A stretch of DNA of 64,000 nt, taken from positions 496,001 to 560,000 of the forward strand of contig NW_025767220.1 in NCBI RefSeq assembly GCF_003918875.1. Direction: 5' to 3'. Of the stretch, positions 12,336-26,163 are shown piece by piece (position 1 is the stretch's first letter; each line of letters starts with the position of its first letter). The position numbers and the translations under genes were made by a program. The notes below the pieces were generated by a model. It was not told the DNA's origin, ran no database searches, and worked only from the letters and a program-made list of their open reading frames with translations. The stretch comes from Haliotis rubra. Lineage: Eukaryota.

Positions 12336-13635
12336 CAACTTCTTGAACTCTGATGAACTATCCAATAGATGGTCGAGACGAAATGTTTCGCTAAACAGGT
12401 TGTCCAGATAAAGGAATAATTTAATTACAAACATGGCACATTCATGTTCACATATATGTTTGCCAAATGGTACCGGGGTTTCGGCGTATAAACAAGTCTG
12501 GTTATTGACGGGGCTCTATTGGAAGATGTGGAAGATGCTAGGTTGGATATAAATGTTTCAGGCAGATTTTCAGTTTCACAAGGAGAAAGAATTCAAAACC
12601 GGTGTGACTTAGTAACCTAAAATAAAGCCTAAGACAAAATAATATAACCAGTTTTACATTATCGTCACTACAATGATGGTAGTTATTATTTGTTTTGTTT
12701 TGTTTTGTTTTGTTTGCTGGGTGTGTTTTTTTCTTTTTCATCTTTTTTTTACACCATTGAAATAACATACGTAGTACTGAACGAGACAATACTGACAGAC
12801 ATCAATCATGATTATATATCATCTGTCAGTTCAGGTACAGAGATTTTCTAGAACTGTAACCGTTGGGACGCTGTTGGAACTACACAGTTCATGTCTTCTA
12901 CGAAATAACAACATGATGAAGGTCAAGATGTTCCACTTCATGTGTAACGTTTGTTTCGCAAGGTTACAACATGAACAGTTCCGTGCAAATACTGATAGCC
13001 TGATAAAATGAGTCCGTATATTTGTCTTGCTCTTTACCCCCTGGAAGGAGATATACAACTTTGGAATAGATAATTGTGCTATTTTATCTGTTACATTAAA
13101 GGCAATTTGTGTTTTACAACAGTAAGGCACGTTTATTGAACTCATATTGATCCATGGACGGGTGTAATATCAACAGAATTGACATGACATTTATTTGTAT
13201 AATTTACATTTCGTTTAGAATGAAAACTGATGCAGTTTTTACATGATGCAGTTATTAAACAGATCAAGTGCAAGAGATACTGACTCAATAATAATGCTGA
13301 AACTCTAATGTGGATTGTTTTTGTAAGTATACGTTTCAACATGTAACATCCTGTCTTAAACTGTCACGTGGACATACGGACATGGAAAATGCATTTAATT
13401 TTGAAAGCAAAAGAAATATATTTTCTTACCAACTGTTGATAAGTGCCTGTCTGGATGAAAAACATAATAATAACCATTCAGTATCCATATTTGTCATCAG
13501 CTAATACAGACACATCTCGTAAATAATCATTGTTTATTGAAAAGAAATTATATAAAACTTGAGAAGAATTTATATTATAAGTATTAATTCTCAATGCTCA
13601 GGTTATAGATTTTATAAAATAGAAAAAAAATAACA

Positions 13636-14580
13636 TATCCCTGTGAGTGTCTCCTCGCCGAAGTCATTATTATCCAGACAAGTATTGTGAACTGCTCTGA
13701 ATGAAACCCTGGTGGAATAACAGTTTGGCGTTGTAGTTGCTGCACAGCAAGGGCAGTGTCGTGTTCCAGTGTGACCGAATGAGAGACACAATGACCGAAA
13801 GAATTCATCAGTTGTTGAAGCTTGGCAGACCCCGTAAGATGCCGTATGGTCATGCCCAGTGCAAGGTGTTTAGGCATCAAAGTTCTGCCTTGTGTTGCCA
13901 GTGTGATCATGTCTTGTGCAACAGAAATGACTTTCTTCTGATTTTCTTCCCTCTGCAATTTCCCTCTGCAACACCATACCAGAACATTAAAAAAGCTGTG
14001 GTGGAATAATTTTCTCAGAAGATGATAATGTCATATCACATGCATTAGGAGGCCATGTATCAACACTAGGACAGGAAGACACAGCAGCATGTATAATTAT
14101 AGCGGCTCTGTAGAGTTGAGCAAAATCATCCTGTAATGAGTTTTGAACACTATGACTGGAGATAACCCCCTTCACCAAGATCACTATCTGATTCACTGTC
14201 ACTACATGGAATGTTGATCAAGGACGATTTTCCTGTCTTGTTGTAGTACACAAACTCACAGCAAATTGATTTAGGCTGTAGAAACTCCAAAATTGTATAC
14301 TTTGACTGGAGTCGTGATTTTAGCTGACTGTTTCTATATATTATGTCAAATCCTTCTGTTTCTTTAATTTCTGTCAAGAGGGACATCTTCAACACTTCCT
14401 CATTTGATATCAACCGCTCTTCTATGACATGTGAACAAAATACATCAAATGATTTTGCCAGTGGCTTGGGTCCTGCACCTATTTTCAATAATATCCGCTC
14501 ATCATTCCTTATCTTGGCAGCCTCTAATAGTCTTTCTGATTGGCTGAAAGTCTGCGGTATTATAGAGGCTAATTGCTAAT
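13636..14580 (-). pseudogene. Second copy of the Academ-like transposase fragment
   Basis: Same sequence split into ORFs 13584-13958, 13987-14202 and 14150-14488 by different single-base indels. Confidence 0.55.
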
Positions 14581-17500
14581 TAATGAACCGCTAATTTTAC
14601 AAGAACATTCATGATTTTTATTCAGATAAGGGTAAATGCAATTATCATACCAAGATGAGGTATTCACTAAAAACGTTTAGCACTATGATACAATTTTAAA
14701 GGTCGGCCCACGGCCTATATTGTGAGGACTGGTTGAATGTCTTGACTCCATATAGAGTTGATAAAACAATCTAGTGGCCGGCAGGTTGCCGTTTCTCTGA
14801 CGTTGCCGCTTAATATGTATATGGATAAAAGAACTGGAGGCGCTCAGCAATCTCAATACACTGTCCTTGGGATTAAATGTCATCATTGTTTTAGTAGGAT
14901 ATTATATTTCGTTTTGTATTTTTATCAACAAATGGCCAAGACATGTTTACATTAGACCGTTTGTCCAGATAAAAGGGTGATTTAATTACATACACAGTGG
15001 AGTCCTGTTCACCTTTGTTTTATACTTCGGTCCAAATGGAACCTGTCCCGTCGGACCGGATGTTTTCTTGCATTGACACTTACGTAACTTCCTGTTATGC
15101 AAATTATGTGAGTGCCAGGTGTTGCCGTTGGACATGGTTCCCCTTTTGCAAACACCTGGTGTCATCACTGTTAGTGATTTATCCCTTATTCTCACATATT
15201 ACCTATCGTGTTAATGTATTATTCAAATATGTATGTAGAGCTCACGCAAATGTTGAACAGTTTCCACTCAGTAACGCGTTTCGTCATCGTCGAACTGGGA
15301 ACAGTTAAGCTTGAGTGTCACTGAACATGGTGTGAAAAGGTTGTCAGTATTGTGGGTCTACCACACCACACCTCGCCTCACCTCACCTCACCTAATACCA
15401 CCTTACCACACCACACATCACCTCACCTTACCACGCTCCACCTCACCTCATCACACATCACTTCATCCAGCTGTCCTTACTCAGTCAGCTCCTTGCACAT
15501 GCTGCTTGCTTTCACCAAGCCTTCACGCTTGGCTTTCCTTAAAATAATGTCCCCAATTTAAGGCTATTACTATTCAAAGCGGGGTTATAATGAATAAAAC
15601 CTCTTTAATCCGGACGATTATTGTGGGAACGTTAATATATATGAAAGAACACGACAGTGCATGATTCTTCATTCTGGAAACTTGGTAATCAAGACCATTT
15701 CACTTAGACGACTCCGTCCGGACTAATCAGGTTCATCTGTACTAACACGACGTTTAACTGGGGAAAGTGAGAGACGTCCGGAACACTGAATACTGGATCA
15801 AGCGTGCATTTTAAGACCGAGTGGGCGTATGTGTAAACTGATTTGAATGTTTAGAGCAAGGATTGAACAATATCTACTTGGAAATTCTCTCCTTTGTCCT
15901 TCAAACCCTGAAACAAACAATTTTAGTCTCTCACGCACATCGGAAGTACGGGCACAGCGTTTGAAGCAAAGACATCATGGGCTATCTCTTTCACCTCACT
16001 TAACAATGGCTGGAACCGGTGATAGGTCGGGCCATTTGCCATTTAACCACACAACAGGTAATCCCGCTGTTACTAAGTGCTAGTCTGGGTGTCTATAAGA
16101 CAGAATGTTGGTGATTCAAATCTAGCCAAAGATCTCAGCTATTCACATTATCACAGATTATAGAAAGCAAACCTAACATTGCAATCCTGATTAGTATCTC
16201 GGAGCATAATGTAATGAATGTTCGTTCGGAAAAGTAAAATTAATACCTTATCAATTTCTTTAGTAAGTGCTTGAATGCGTGGTGAACGAAAGAAAGAGAG
16301 AGTAAAAAGAGAACGGTCAACAAAACAACATTTACACTAACATTGTATCCAACACCCGTGGCTCGTTTACGAAAGCTAAGGAATAACTTATTTTCATCAC
16401 GAGTTTTGACCTGCTTCACAAGAGGTCCACTCTTCCTTGATAACGGTATAAGATTCTATACTGTAATGTCGCATCATAATATAATAAATATGTTGTCAAC
16501 TATAAAGCATCCTTCTTTGAATTTCTTGTTTCGTCCAATTAACAACGTGAAATGAATCAGAAAGGACGGACACTGCTTCAGTATTTGTGGCTTTGACTTC
16601 ATTTCGAACGTTCCGATCTGAGATCCATTTTCTTAGGTCTACATTTGTATTCTGATCAAACTTTATCACTTTGGTCATTCCAGAGTTTGTCTCTCACCTG
16701 CATCCCTAAGTACGTACAGGCCTGACCTTCCACGAGATGGTCACTATCTCCTCCCCCAATAAATTAGTGATCCTCCTTCTTCTATGTTGCCACTTGTAAG
16801 ATCAAGAGCGTTGTTTTCGTGGAACCAAGAACGTAAGAATGTCATTGGAAAAGGACTCAACAAACAGAATCTGCCTTTTGGCAAGAGGATCAAGGTCATT
16901 CACGTCAAATGTGTAAGACGTATTGAGCACCTTGACTGAGAATGCCCAGAATGATATCCGTCAGTTTGGTACTGTATATTCGAATGGGTTTTAGGATATG
17001 TCACATACGCACACCAGCAATTCAGCTGATTTCGTTACATTTTTCATCATGTATGTGATGTCACACTAGAATTGCCGTATAGAGCCGTGCTCCATATCAC
17101 AAAACGTGATCACTAAAGTTCGACAAACAACATGCACGCAGGATAATAAGCAGCCTTGATTATCCGCCGAAACACCGGTACCATTTGGCAAAATACCTGT
17201 GAAAATGAATGAATTATGTATTTAATAATCTTTAAATCTGGACAAGCTATTTAATGAATCATTTTGTCTCGACCATCTATAGTATGACAAATTTTATCTT
17301 GCCTCACACGTAAGTGTCGTTTTCTGATTGGCTAAGCGCTCTTCTATTAATTTCAATGTACCCCCGCTTACACGCGAGTAACATTTGCTATGTACTCCGC
17401 TGGGAATGCCGAACTCAATTGGTACTTCTTAGTAGTAATTCTTATCTCGAATAACATTGAATCACGTAATGATGTACGGAAATTACCGATGTTTTGCGAA

Positions 17501-19241
17501 TGCAAATCGATGGAGGGGAGATAACTCTAAATTTGTTTTTCTTGTCGTCTTGTCGTCTGGTACTCCATACTATGATCCGGTACCCGTGCTTCAAACAGTT
17601 CAAAATTACCATTGATGTGTTCGGTAAGATAAATACGTTGTTCACTGGTCCCTCGGGGCCCATGGGTTGATGTACCCTCGATGTTTCTTTATGTTCCCCT
17701 CGGCCTTCGGGCTCAGGGAATATAAACAAATACCGAGGGTATATCAGCCCATGTCCCCCACGAGACCAATGAACAACTATATCTTATGACATCCAGTCCT
17801 CCGAACAGTAATTGTAAAATAATTGCAGGTCTGATGAAAATATGCAATGTCATCAGTTCCCCCATTCTTACACTCCTTTGTCCATAGACCAGCACTATGA
17901 TTTCATCTGATTCATCCAAACAAAAAGCGGCAACCCCAGAGAATAACCAGCCTCGATTCCATTGGACGTTAAACCAAAGAGCGGTAAAGTCAAGTATCCG
18001 CCACGTGAGTTGTATATAATTGTACACTGTTGACGATAGGATTGTCAATCACATCTCACGAAACTGACATTTGAAAGAATCGGGAGAACGTTTTTTCACT
18101 CCAACTGGATCGTGTTCGTATCTTCAAGTGACAGTATAAGGCAGGATGTTACATGTATATATGTACATATACTAATAAAACTCCAAATCGACGGTTGAAC
18201 AGATGAGTGTTCAAAGATATTTGAACTTTTGGTTAAGCTATTAAGATTGCAACGTTTTCGTTGTCACCGACATTTACGGCCATATTAATTCCGATGACAT
18301 CAATTGATATATGTTCTAACCATATGCCTAATGCACTCGGTCTTGTAGAGTACAAATTGGTCTTAATGTAACCGACATAAGGACCCATGGAATCAGGTAG
18401 TTAGTATTTGTATAGAACTTATACAATTGTAACCTTGCAACGCAAAAGTTGCTCATGAAGTGGAATAATCTTTACTGTCACCATGTTGTTATATGGTAGA
18501 AAACACGAACTGTTGAGTCCCGACAGCGTCCCAACTATCAGTCTCTGTCAGAAAACCTCTGTGCTCGTCTTGATAGATGCTATATATCTGGACGGTTTGT
18601 CGACAGCGGGGTAGGCGAGTGGGTGAATTGTTGATATCGAAGGGATATTGCTTTCAGTGCCTTAAAACTCACTCACTGCTTAATTTCAGTGGTATACGTG
18701 ACAGAAACAGGAGGGAACGCTAGTATGGTTACTCCATGGTTATCTCCTGTTTCTGTCAATACCGAGGACAGCAATGTTGATTGTATGTCATAGAATTGGA
18801 TTTTGTGTCTTGTGTGTCTACATATTTGACACCCGTGAAGGTCCGGGTTAGAATATTTATCTTCAGTAATCCATGCTTGTCGTAAGTGGCGACTAACGGG
18901 ACCGAGCGGTCAGGCTCGCTGACTTGGTTTACACAGGTCATCGGTTCCCAGTTGCGTAGAACGATGCTCATGCTGTTGATCACTGGATTGTCTGGTCCAG
19001 ACGCGATTATTAACATACCACCGCCATACAGCTGGGATATTGCTGTGTGCAGCGTAAAACTAAACTCACTCACTACATATTTGACAAAGCGCTTTAGATG
19101 GTATTTGAAAATGTTGCAGTTAACAATATACGTATCGTTATTAGTATCCCGCCATCTGATCGAGCAGAACGATGGTTGTCAGTACTGCACAGATCTAGTT
19201 CAGTACTATGAATGTTGTGTCAGTGATGTATTGAACAACGT

Positions 19242-19430
19242 ACATGGGCAATCATTGTTGTGACAACTGACATGGGCAATCATTGTTGTGACAACTGACA
19301 TGGGCAATCATTGTTGTGACATGGGCAATCATTGTTGTGACAACTGACATGGGCAATCATTGTTGTGACAACTTACATGGGCAATCATTGTTGTGACAAC
19401 TGACATGGGCAATCATTGTTGTGACAACTT
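19242..19430 (+). repeat. Same 28-bp VNTR, 7 units (one truncated to 21 bp)
   Basis: Counted directly at the corresponding position in duplicate copy 2. Confidence 0.95.
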
Positions 19431-22400
19431 TGAGCAAGGATTACATCACCATTTCGTACCCTAACCTCAGGATAATAAGTAATATTGGTTTTGATTTCAT
19501 CATCGACAGATGCGTGAAACACTTTGTGTCCAACCTTAAACCTTGCATCTTCCACAGTAATAGAGTCCAAAGGGAGCGTTGATACGCAGAGAACTGTTCC
19601 AACTGACAATCAAATCTCGGGCTACTTTGTTCCAACATTTTGAAATATTTCAGCGTGAAAACAAAGAGGAAAAACGCTTGTGTTTGATTTTGAGTCAAAC
19701 CGATGCAAAATCGCGATCGACAAATAAACCTGGGGCCAAAGTATATTGACAGTTTGTGAAGTGGCAAGTAGATTTATAGTGAGAGGACAGAAACGTTTCA
19801 TGTTGCTGGTCCTTTGGTGTGGGAAACATCGATAGTTCAAACTATGTGCTATCTCCCCACGGAGATACCGGAGAGTGTCTCGTGTTTGCCACAGAAATGT
19901 GTTGGAAAGGTCTTGATGGTGACCTGATTGAAACTGTGTTGTCATATACCGTGACCTAGATGATTGTTCAAGCTATCAACTCCAGGTTTACATGACCCAG
20001 ATTCTATGTATTTAATTATATGTTTGGAATGTACCTGATGGGCATAGGCACCTTTCTTACTGAGACGTTCAACACATCGGTATTATATTGTGTAACCTAT
20101 TTCTGGTTCATAAGTTCGATGTGGAAACACCATATGCCCAAGTTAATTTGTTTATAAGGGCAAAATATTTTGCTTTTTTATTCGATGACGGCAAATAATT
20201 CTCTCGCACCGCATGTTTTTATTTACAAACAGTTCTGTATTTATAAGAGTCATTTCCTTCATCAACTCGTCCATCAATAACCCTACCACTGGCTCAACAT
20301 ATCAATGTTATAACCATGATGGTATCTGTCAACCTTGGAGGGGAATATCACATTCTATCACATCGTGCGAAGACTGTTATTCTCTGGCAATGACGTTTTA
20401 CGTCACATTTCCTGGTTTAAAACAGTAGTAGATAATGAGATTGGCTGCAATCATCTTGAGACATCTCACCGCCCAAACGTAGAAGAGTCTCCCAGACGAA
20501 AAGAAGGAAGACTGCAGATGCATGAGTGAGATTCCGTTACCCGTGGGAGGAATCGAATCCAGACGTTTTGCTTGGCTACCCAAACATAAACGTCCCATCG
20601 CCCTCTTTCAGAGTGTTAATACATGTACCACCACAGAAGCAGAATGCATTTACACAGAATGGTTTACATGTATTATATTCTTGAAGACAACCTAGAGACC
20701 CTCAGTCTTGCTGTAACCATTATCACACACTACTATGCTGATACTAAAGATACAAACCAGTGGGAAAGATCGGACATAAAGGTTAGTCGACTAGAATATC
20801 AATTATAGTCCGAATCTCCTGAAAACCTTGGCATTTGAAAAATGGGGCAGGGTTCATATATTTCAAGCTATGAAACATTATCTATATCTGCAGAACTGAT
20901 CACGAAAGTCAACTACGGGCGGTTGTATTGATTAAATGTGACGAAACGTTGGCGTTAAAAACCATTGAGTATAGTTTTACATTAGAAACTATCATGGAAT
21001 CGGATCCAAGATATGTGTTAGTTTCACTGGGCTCTCTTAAAACAAGGGTCTTATTTTCGCACAAAAACAAGCAAATCAATTGAGGCATATGATGACATAG
21101 ATTGTTTCTTAGCGTTTCCACATCGAACTTCTGTACCAGAAATAAGGTTTCACATACAATACCGATGTTTTGAAAGCCTCAGTCACAAAGCTGCCTGTGC
21201 CCATATTATCAACTTTACCTGACAACATCAGCTTCATTCCAAACATACAAGAAAATACTGAGAATCTGGGTCATGTAAACCTGGGGTTGATAGCATGAAC
21301 AATCATCTAGGTCACGGTATATGACAACTCAATCAGGCCATCATCAAGTCCTTCCCAACACATGTGACAAGCACCGGACTACAATACTCTCCCCGTTTCT
21401 CCTCGGGGAGATAGCGCTTAGTTTGAACTATCGATGTTTCCCACACCAAAGGACCAGCAACATGAAACGTTTCTGTCCTCACTATAAATCTACTTGCCAC
21501 TTTACAAACTGTCAATATACTTTGGCCCCAGGTTTATTTGTCGATCGCGATATTGCATCGGTTTGACTCACAATCAAACACAAGCGTTTTTCCTCTTTGT
21601 TTGAAACTCATGTTTTTCCTGCTGAAATATTTAAGAATGTTGGAACAAAGTAGCCCGAGATTTGATTGTCAGTTGGAACCGTTGTCTGCGTATCAACACT
21701 CCCTTCAGCATCTATTTTTGTGGAAGATGCAGAGTTTGATGCAAAATATTTCATGCAGTTTATCGATATTCTGATTGATAAGGAGGAAGGAACCAAGACC
21801 TCTGTAATTATTAACCTAAGTGTGAGGTCATGAAAGGATGATATAATCCTTGTACATTATCGTCATAACAATGATTGTCCATCCAAGATGTTGAATACCT
21901 CACTGAAACAACATACATAGTACTGTCAACTTCTTGAACTCTGATGAACTATCCAATAGATGGTCGAGACGAAATGTTTCGTTAAACAGGTTGTCCAGAT
22001 AAAGGAATCATTTAATTACAAACATGGCACATTCATGTTCACATATATGTTTGCCAAATCGTACCGGGGTTTCGGCGTATAATCAAGTCTGGTTATTGAC
22101 GGATTTTTTTTCATGTTGTTTGCCGAACTTCAGGGGTAATATTTTGGGGCATGGAGCACGGCTTAATTTGGCTATTACATACTTGATGTACATTTAAAAA
22201 CTGGCAGAAAATGATAGCTGGGACGCTGTCGGGACTCAGCAGTTCGTGTCTCCTACCATATAACAACATGGGGAAAATGAAGATGCTCCACTTCACTGCA
22301 ATTGGACCAGTTCTATAAAACAATACCACCTGCCGGATGCAGTCAATATATGTGTGTTGTCGGTTACATTAAGTACTCTACCGAGGGCATTAGGCATATT

Positions 22401-22586
22401 GTTAGAACATATATCAATCGATGTCATCGGAATTAATATGACGTAAATGTCGCTGACAACGAAAACGTTGCAATTTTAATACCCTAACCATACGTTCCAA
22501 TATCTTTATACACTCATCTGTTCAACTGTCGATTTGGAGTTTTATTAGTATCTGTACGTTTATACATGTAACTTCCTGCCTTATAC

Positions 22587-22843
22587 ACCCGTGAAGATCA
22601 GGGTTAGAATTTATCTTTAGTAACCAATGCTTGTCGTAAGAGGCGACTAACACGATCTGGTGGTCAGGCTCGTTGACTTGGTTGACACATGTCATCGCAA
22701 CCCATTTGGGTAGATCGATGCCCATGCTGTTGATCACTGGATTGTCTGGTCCAGACTCCATTATTTACAGACCGCCGGAATATAGCTGGAATATTGCTGA
22801 GTGTAACGTAAAACTAAAACTCACTCACTCACTCACTCACTCA
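22587..22843 (+). mobile_element. SINE-like family A
   Basis: Full head, body and (ctca)n tail. Absent from the inverted paralog near 8605. Confidence 0.9.
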
Positions 22844-25800
22844 CCCGTGTCATATACTGCCACGTGAAGATACGAACACGATCCAGGTGTAGTGCAAAAC
22901 TTTCTCCCGACTTTTTCAAATGTCAGTTTCGTGAGTTTTGATTGACAATCCTATCGTCAACAGTGTACAATCATATACACATCACGTGGCGGATACCGCT
23001 GGCATTGCAGGACTTCCTTACCCGGTTCTCGCACATTGGTTCTACCCTGTTTGGTTTTAACGTCCAATGGAATCGAGGCTGGTTATTCTCTGGAGTTGCC
23101 GTTTTTTGTTTCAAAGGAATGAGATGAATTCATAGTGCTGGTCTATGGACAAAGGAGAGTAAGAATGGGGGCACTGATGACATTGTATATTTTCATCAGA
23201 CCTGCAATTATTTTGAATTATTGTTCCCAGGATTGAATGTCATACACTGTACAGTTTTTTATCCCATAGATGGTCGAGACGAAATGTAACATTAAACCGC
23301 TTGTCCAGATGAAGAGATTATTAAATACATAATGCATTCATTTTCACAGGTATTTTACCAAATGGTACCGGGGTTACGGCGGATAATCAAGCCTGCTTAT
23401 CATCCTGCATGTATGTTGTTTGTCGAACTTTAGTGATCACGTTTTGTGATATGGGGCACGGCTCTATACGGCTATTCTAATGTGACATCTCATTCATTTC
23501 ACGTTGTTGATTAAACAATACAAGAAATTCAAAGAAGGATACTTTATAGATGACAACAGCTTTAATATATTATGATGCGACGTTACAGTATAGCATCTTA
23601 TACCGTTATCAGGGAAGAGTGGACCTCTTGTGAAGCAGGTCCTAACTCGTGATGAAAACAAGGCATATTCCTTAGCTTTCGTAAACGAGCCTCTTGTGTT
23701 GGATACAATCGCAATGCCAATGTTGTTTTGGTGATGGCACTGCACTGCTGACCGCTACGGCAGCAAAGTTTAACTGTAAATACAGTTCTCATTATTACTT
23801 TCACTCTTTTTCTCTCACTCACTTTCAATCTTTTATTCCCCCACAAATGCAAGCAGTTACTAAAGAAATTCATAGGTATTGTTTTTACTTTTCCGAACGA
23901 ACATTCATTACATTATGCTCCCAGATGATAATCATGATTGCAATGTTAGGTTGGTTTTATATGATCTGTGATAATGTGAATAGCTTAGATCTTTGGTTAG
24001 ATTTGAATCACCAACATTCTCTCCTATAGACACCCAGACTAGCACTTAGTAACAGCGGATTACCTGTTGTGTGGTTAAATGGCAAATGGTCCGACCTATC
24101 ACCGGTTCCAGCCATTGTTAAGTGAAGTGAAAGAGATAGCCCATGATGTCTTTGCTTCAAACGCTGTGCCCGTACTTCCGATGTGCGTGAGAGACTAAAG
24201 TTGTTTGTTTCAGGGTTTGAAGGACAAAGCAGACCACTGACCAGGTATATATTCTTCAATCCTTGCTCTGTACATATAACTCCGATTACACATACGCCCG
24301 CTCGGTCTTAAAATACCCGCTTGATCCAGTATTCAGTGTTCCGGAAGTCTATCACTTACATCAGTTAAGCGTCGTGTTAGTACAGATGAAGGTCGTGTTA
24401 TGGTACAGATTTTGAAGGTGATTAGTCCGGATGGAACCTTCCAACTCAAATGGTCTTGATGATCAAATTTCCAGAATGACGAAACATGCACTGTCGTGTT
24501 CGTTCATATAGATTAACGTTCGCACAATAATTATTCCGAAGACAAAGTTACGGTTTGACAGGGTTCTGATTAAAGAGGTTTTTTCATTACAACACAGCTT
24601 TGAATAGTAATAAGCATATATTGGGAACAATGGTTTAAGGAAAGCCAAGCGTGAAGACTTGGTGAAAGCAAGCAGCATGTGCAAGGAGCTGACTGAGTAA
24701 GGACAGCTGGATGAAGTGATGTGTGATGAGGTGAGGTGGAGCGTGGTAAGGTGAGGTGATGTGTGGTGTGGTGTGATAAGGTGAGATGAGGTAAGGTGAG
24801 ATGAGGTGAGGTGATATGTGGTGTGGTAAGGTGGTATTAGGTGAGATGAGGTGAGGTGAGGTGAGGTGAGGCGAGGTGTGGTGCGGTAGACCCACAAAAC
24901 TGACATCCTTTAACACCATGTTCAATGACATTCAAACTTAACTCTTCTGCGATGACGAAACGCGTTACTTCCTGGAGACTGTTCCTCCTTTGAGTGAGCT
25001 CTACATACATATTGGAATAATAGATTAACACGGTAGGGAATATGGGACACATACACGTGGGTCGTTAAAAAGTGAAATGTAAATATTTACTTGATACATT
25101 TGGATAAAGACTCCACAAATACCGTTATGTGAACGAATAATGCTACAATTCTGCAGTGTTGCTTCATAGTGCATATCACTGATTGTGGCTACATGTGTAC
25201 AATGGTAGCAGCTGTCCATCTGTTAGACACTAACTGTCCGTACATTCGGTATATTAACATTTTGGCAATGATAACACTATCCCAGTAATTTAGTCACAAT
25301 ACCTGAAGGCCTGCCTCTAATACCGATGAAAACAAGGCCGGAGCAATGTTTGTTTGTAAACACTTAACATTGAGCTTACTCGACCTTCTTTAGATGCCTA
25401 TTTACCCTCAATGACTTCACGGCATGCTGTTTTCGAGCACCGGTTTCACCATGCCATGACAGGTCGTAGCTTAAACACTGGTACTCCACAGACAATAGAT
25501 TGGTAATAACAAACCACAGTGTCCAAATACGGCCTGATGTAACTGAAAACTGTTAGGATGAACGCTCTTACTCACTCACTCAATGACGCCAACAGGTAAT
25601 CACAAGACACGTTCCAATACCCTGCCTTTAAAGTACTGGTTCTGCATGAAAGTTACATTTGCAGAAAAAATAGAAATATTTCCACAGGTGTCAAATTCTT
25701 TCTTGATTTGACTAGAAAATATAAACAACGAGCATCTTCAGAAATCTATTCTGGTAAAAGAGCTCTGTTTTTTCTATGATAACAACGTGAAGTATATACA

Positions 25801-26030
25801 CCTTCCATCTGGAAAGGGCCGAGGTTAGACATGTAAAGATATTTATACATGGAGTATCTTGAAATGAATATAGAAAGCTGATATGAAAGGCATAGTTTAA
25901 GGGGCTACTTCAGTTGTCATCACGGAGATAATAAGGCAGAGGATGCAGATAACCCTATTATGTACTCTAATTAATTAATGTAAACAGTTACCATCGGGGC
26001 GAGGATGTCGATAAGATACGCACATGTTCA

Positions 26031-26163
26031 TGGAATGGAAAGAGTGAACTAGCAGTTTTATGATAGATATTTACCTTTGGCTACCAGAAGCCTGGAATGG
26101 AAAGAGTGAACTAGCAGTTTTATGATGGATATATACCTTTGGCTACCAGAAGCCTGGAATGGA
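26031..26163 (+). repeat. ~62-bp tandem duplication
   Basis: tggaatggaaagagtgaactagcagttttatgat...ctaccagaagcc x2 plus tggaatggaa. Confidence 0.9.

Larger units (their letters stand above)
1420..12511 (+). repeat. Segmental duplicate, copy 1 (contains the Tc1)
   Basis: Colinear and roughly 97-99% identical with 12515-22102. The ORF track repeats at ~9.55-9.6 kb offset (5791/15352, 6315/15847, 10621/20213). Confidence 0.9.
12515..22102 (+). repeat. Segmental duplicate, copy 2 (no Tc1)
   Basis: Starts tctattggaagatg (= 1420) and ends gttattgacgg (= 12511). A 3-bp filler GGC lies at 12512-12514. Confidence 0.9.
15190..25045. repeat. Large imperfect inverted duplication: arms 15190-20155 and 21066-25045
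   Basis: Mirror-image ORF pairs 15352+/24463-, 15847+/24008-, 16343+/23494-, 17713-/22942+ and 19622-/21321+. The arms differ by independent TE insertions and deletions. Confidence 0.9.
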
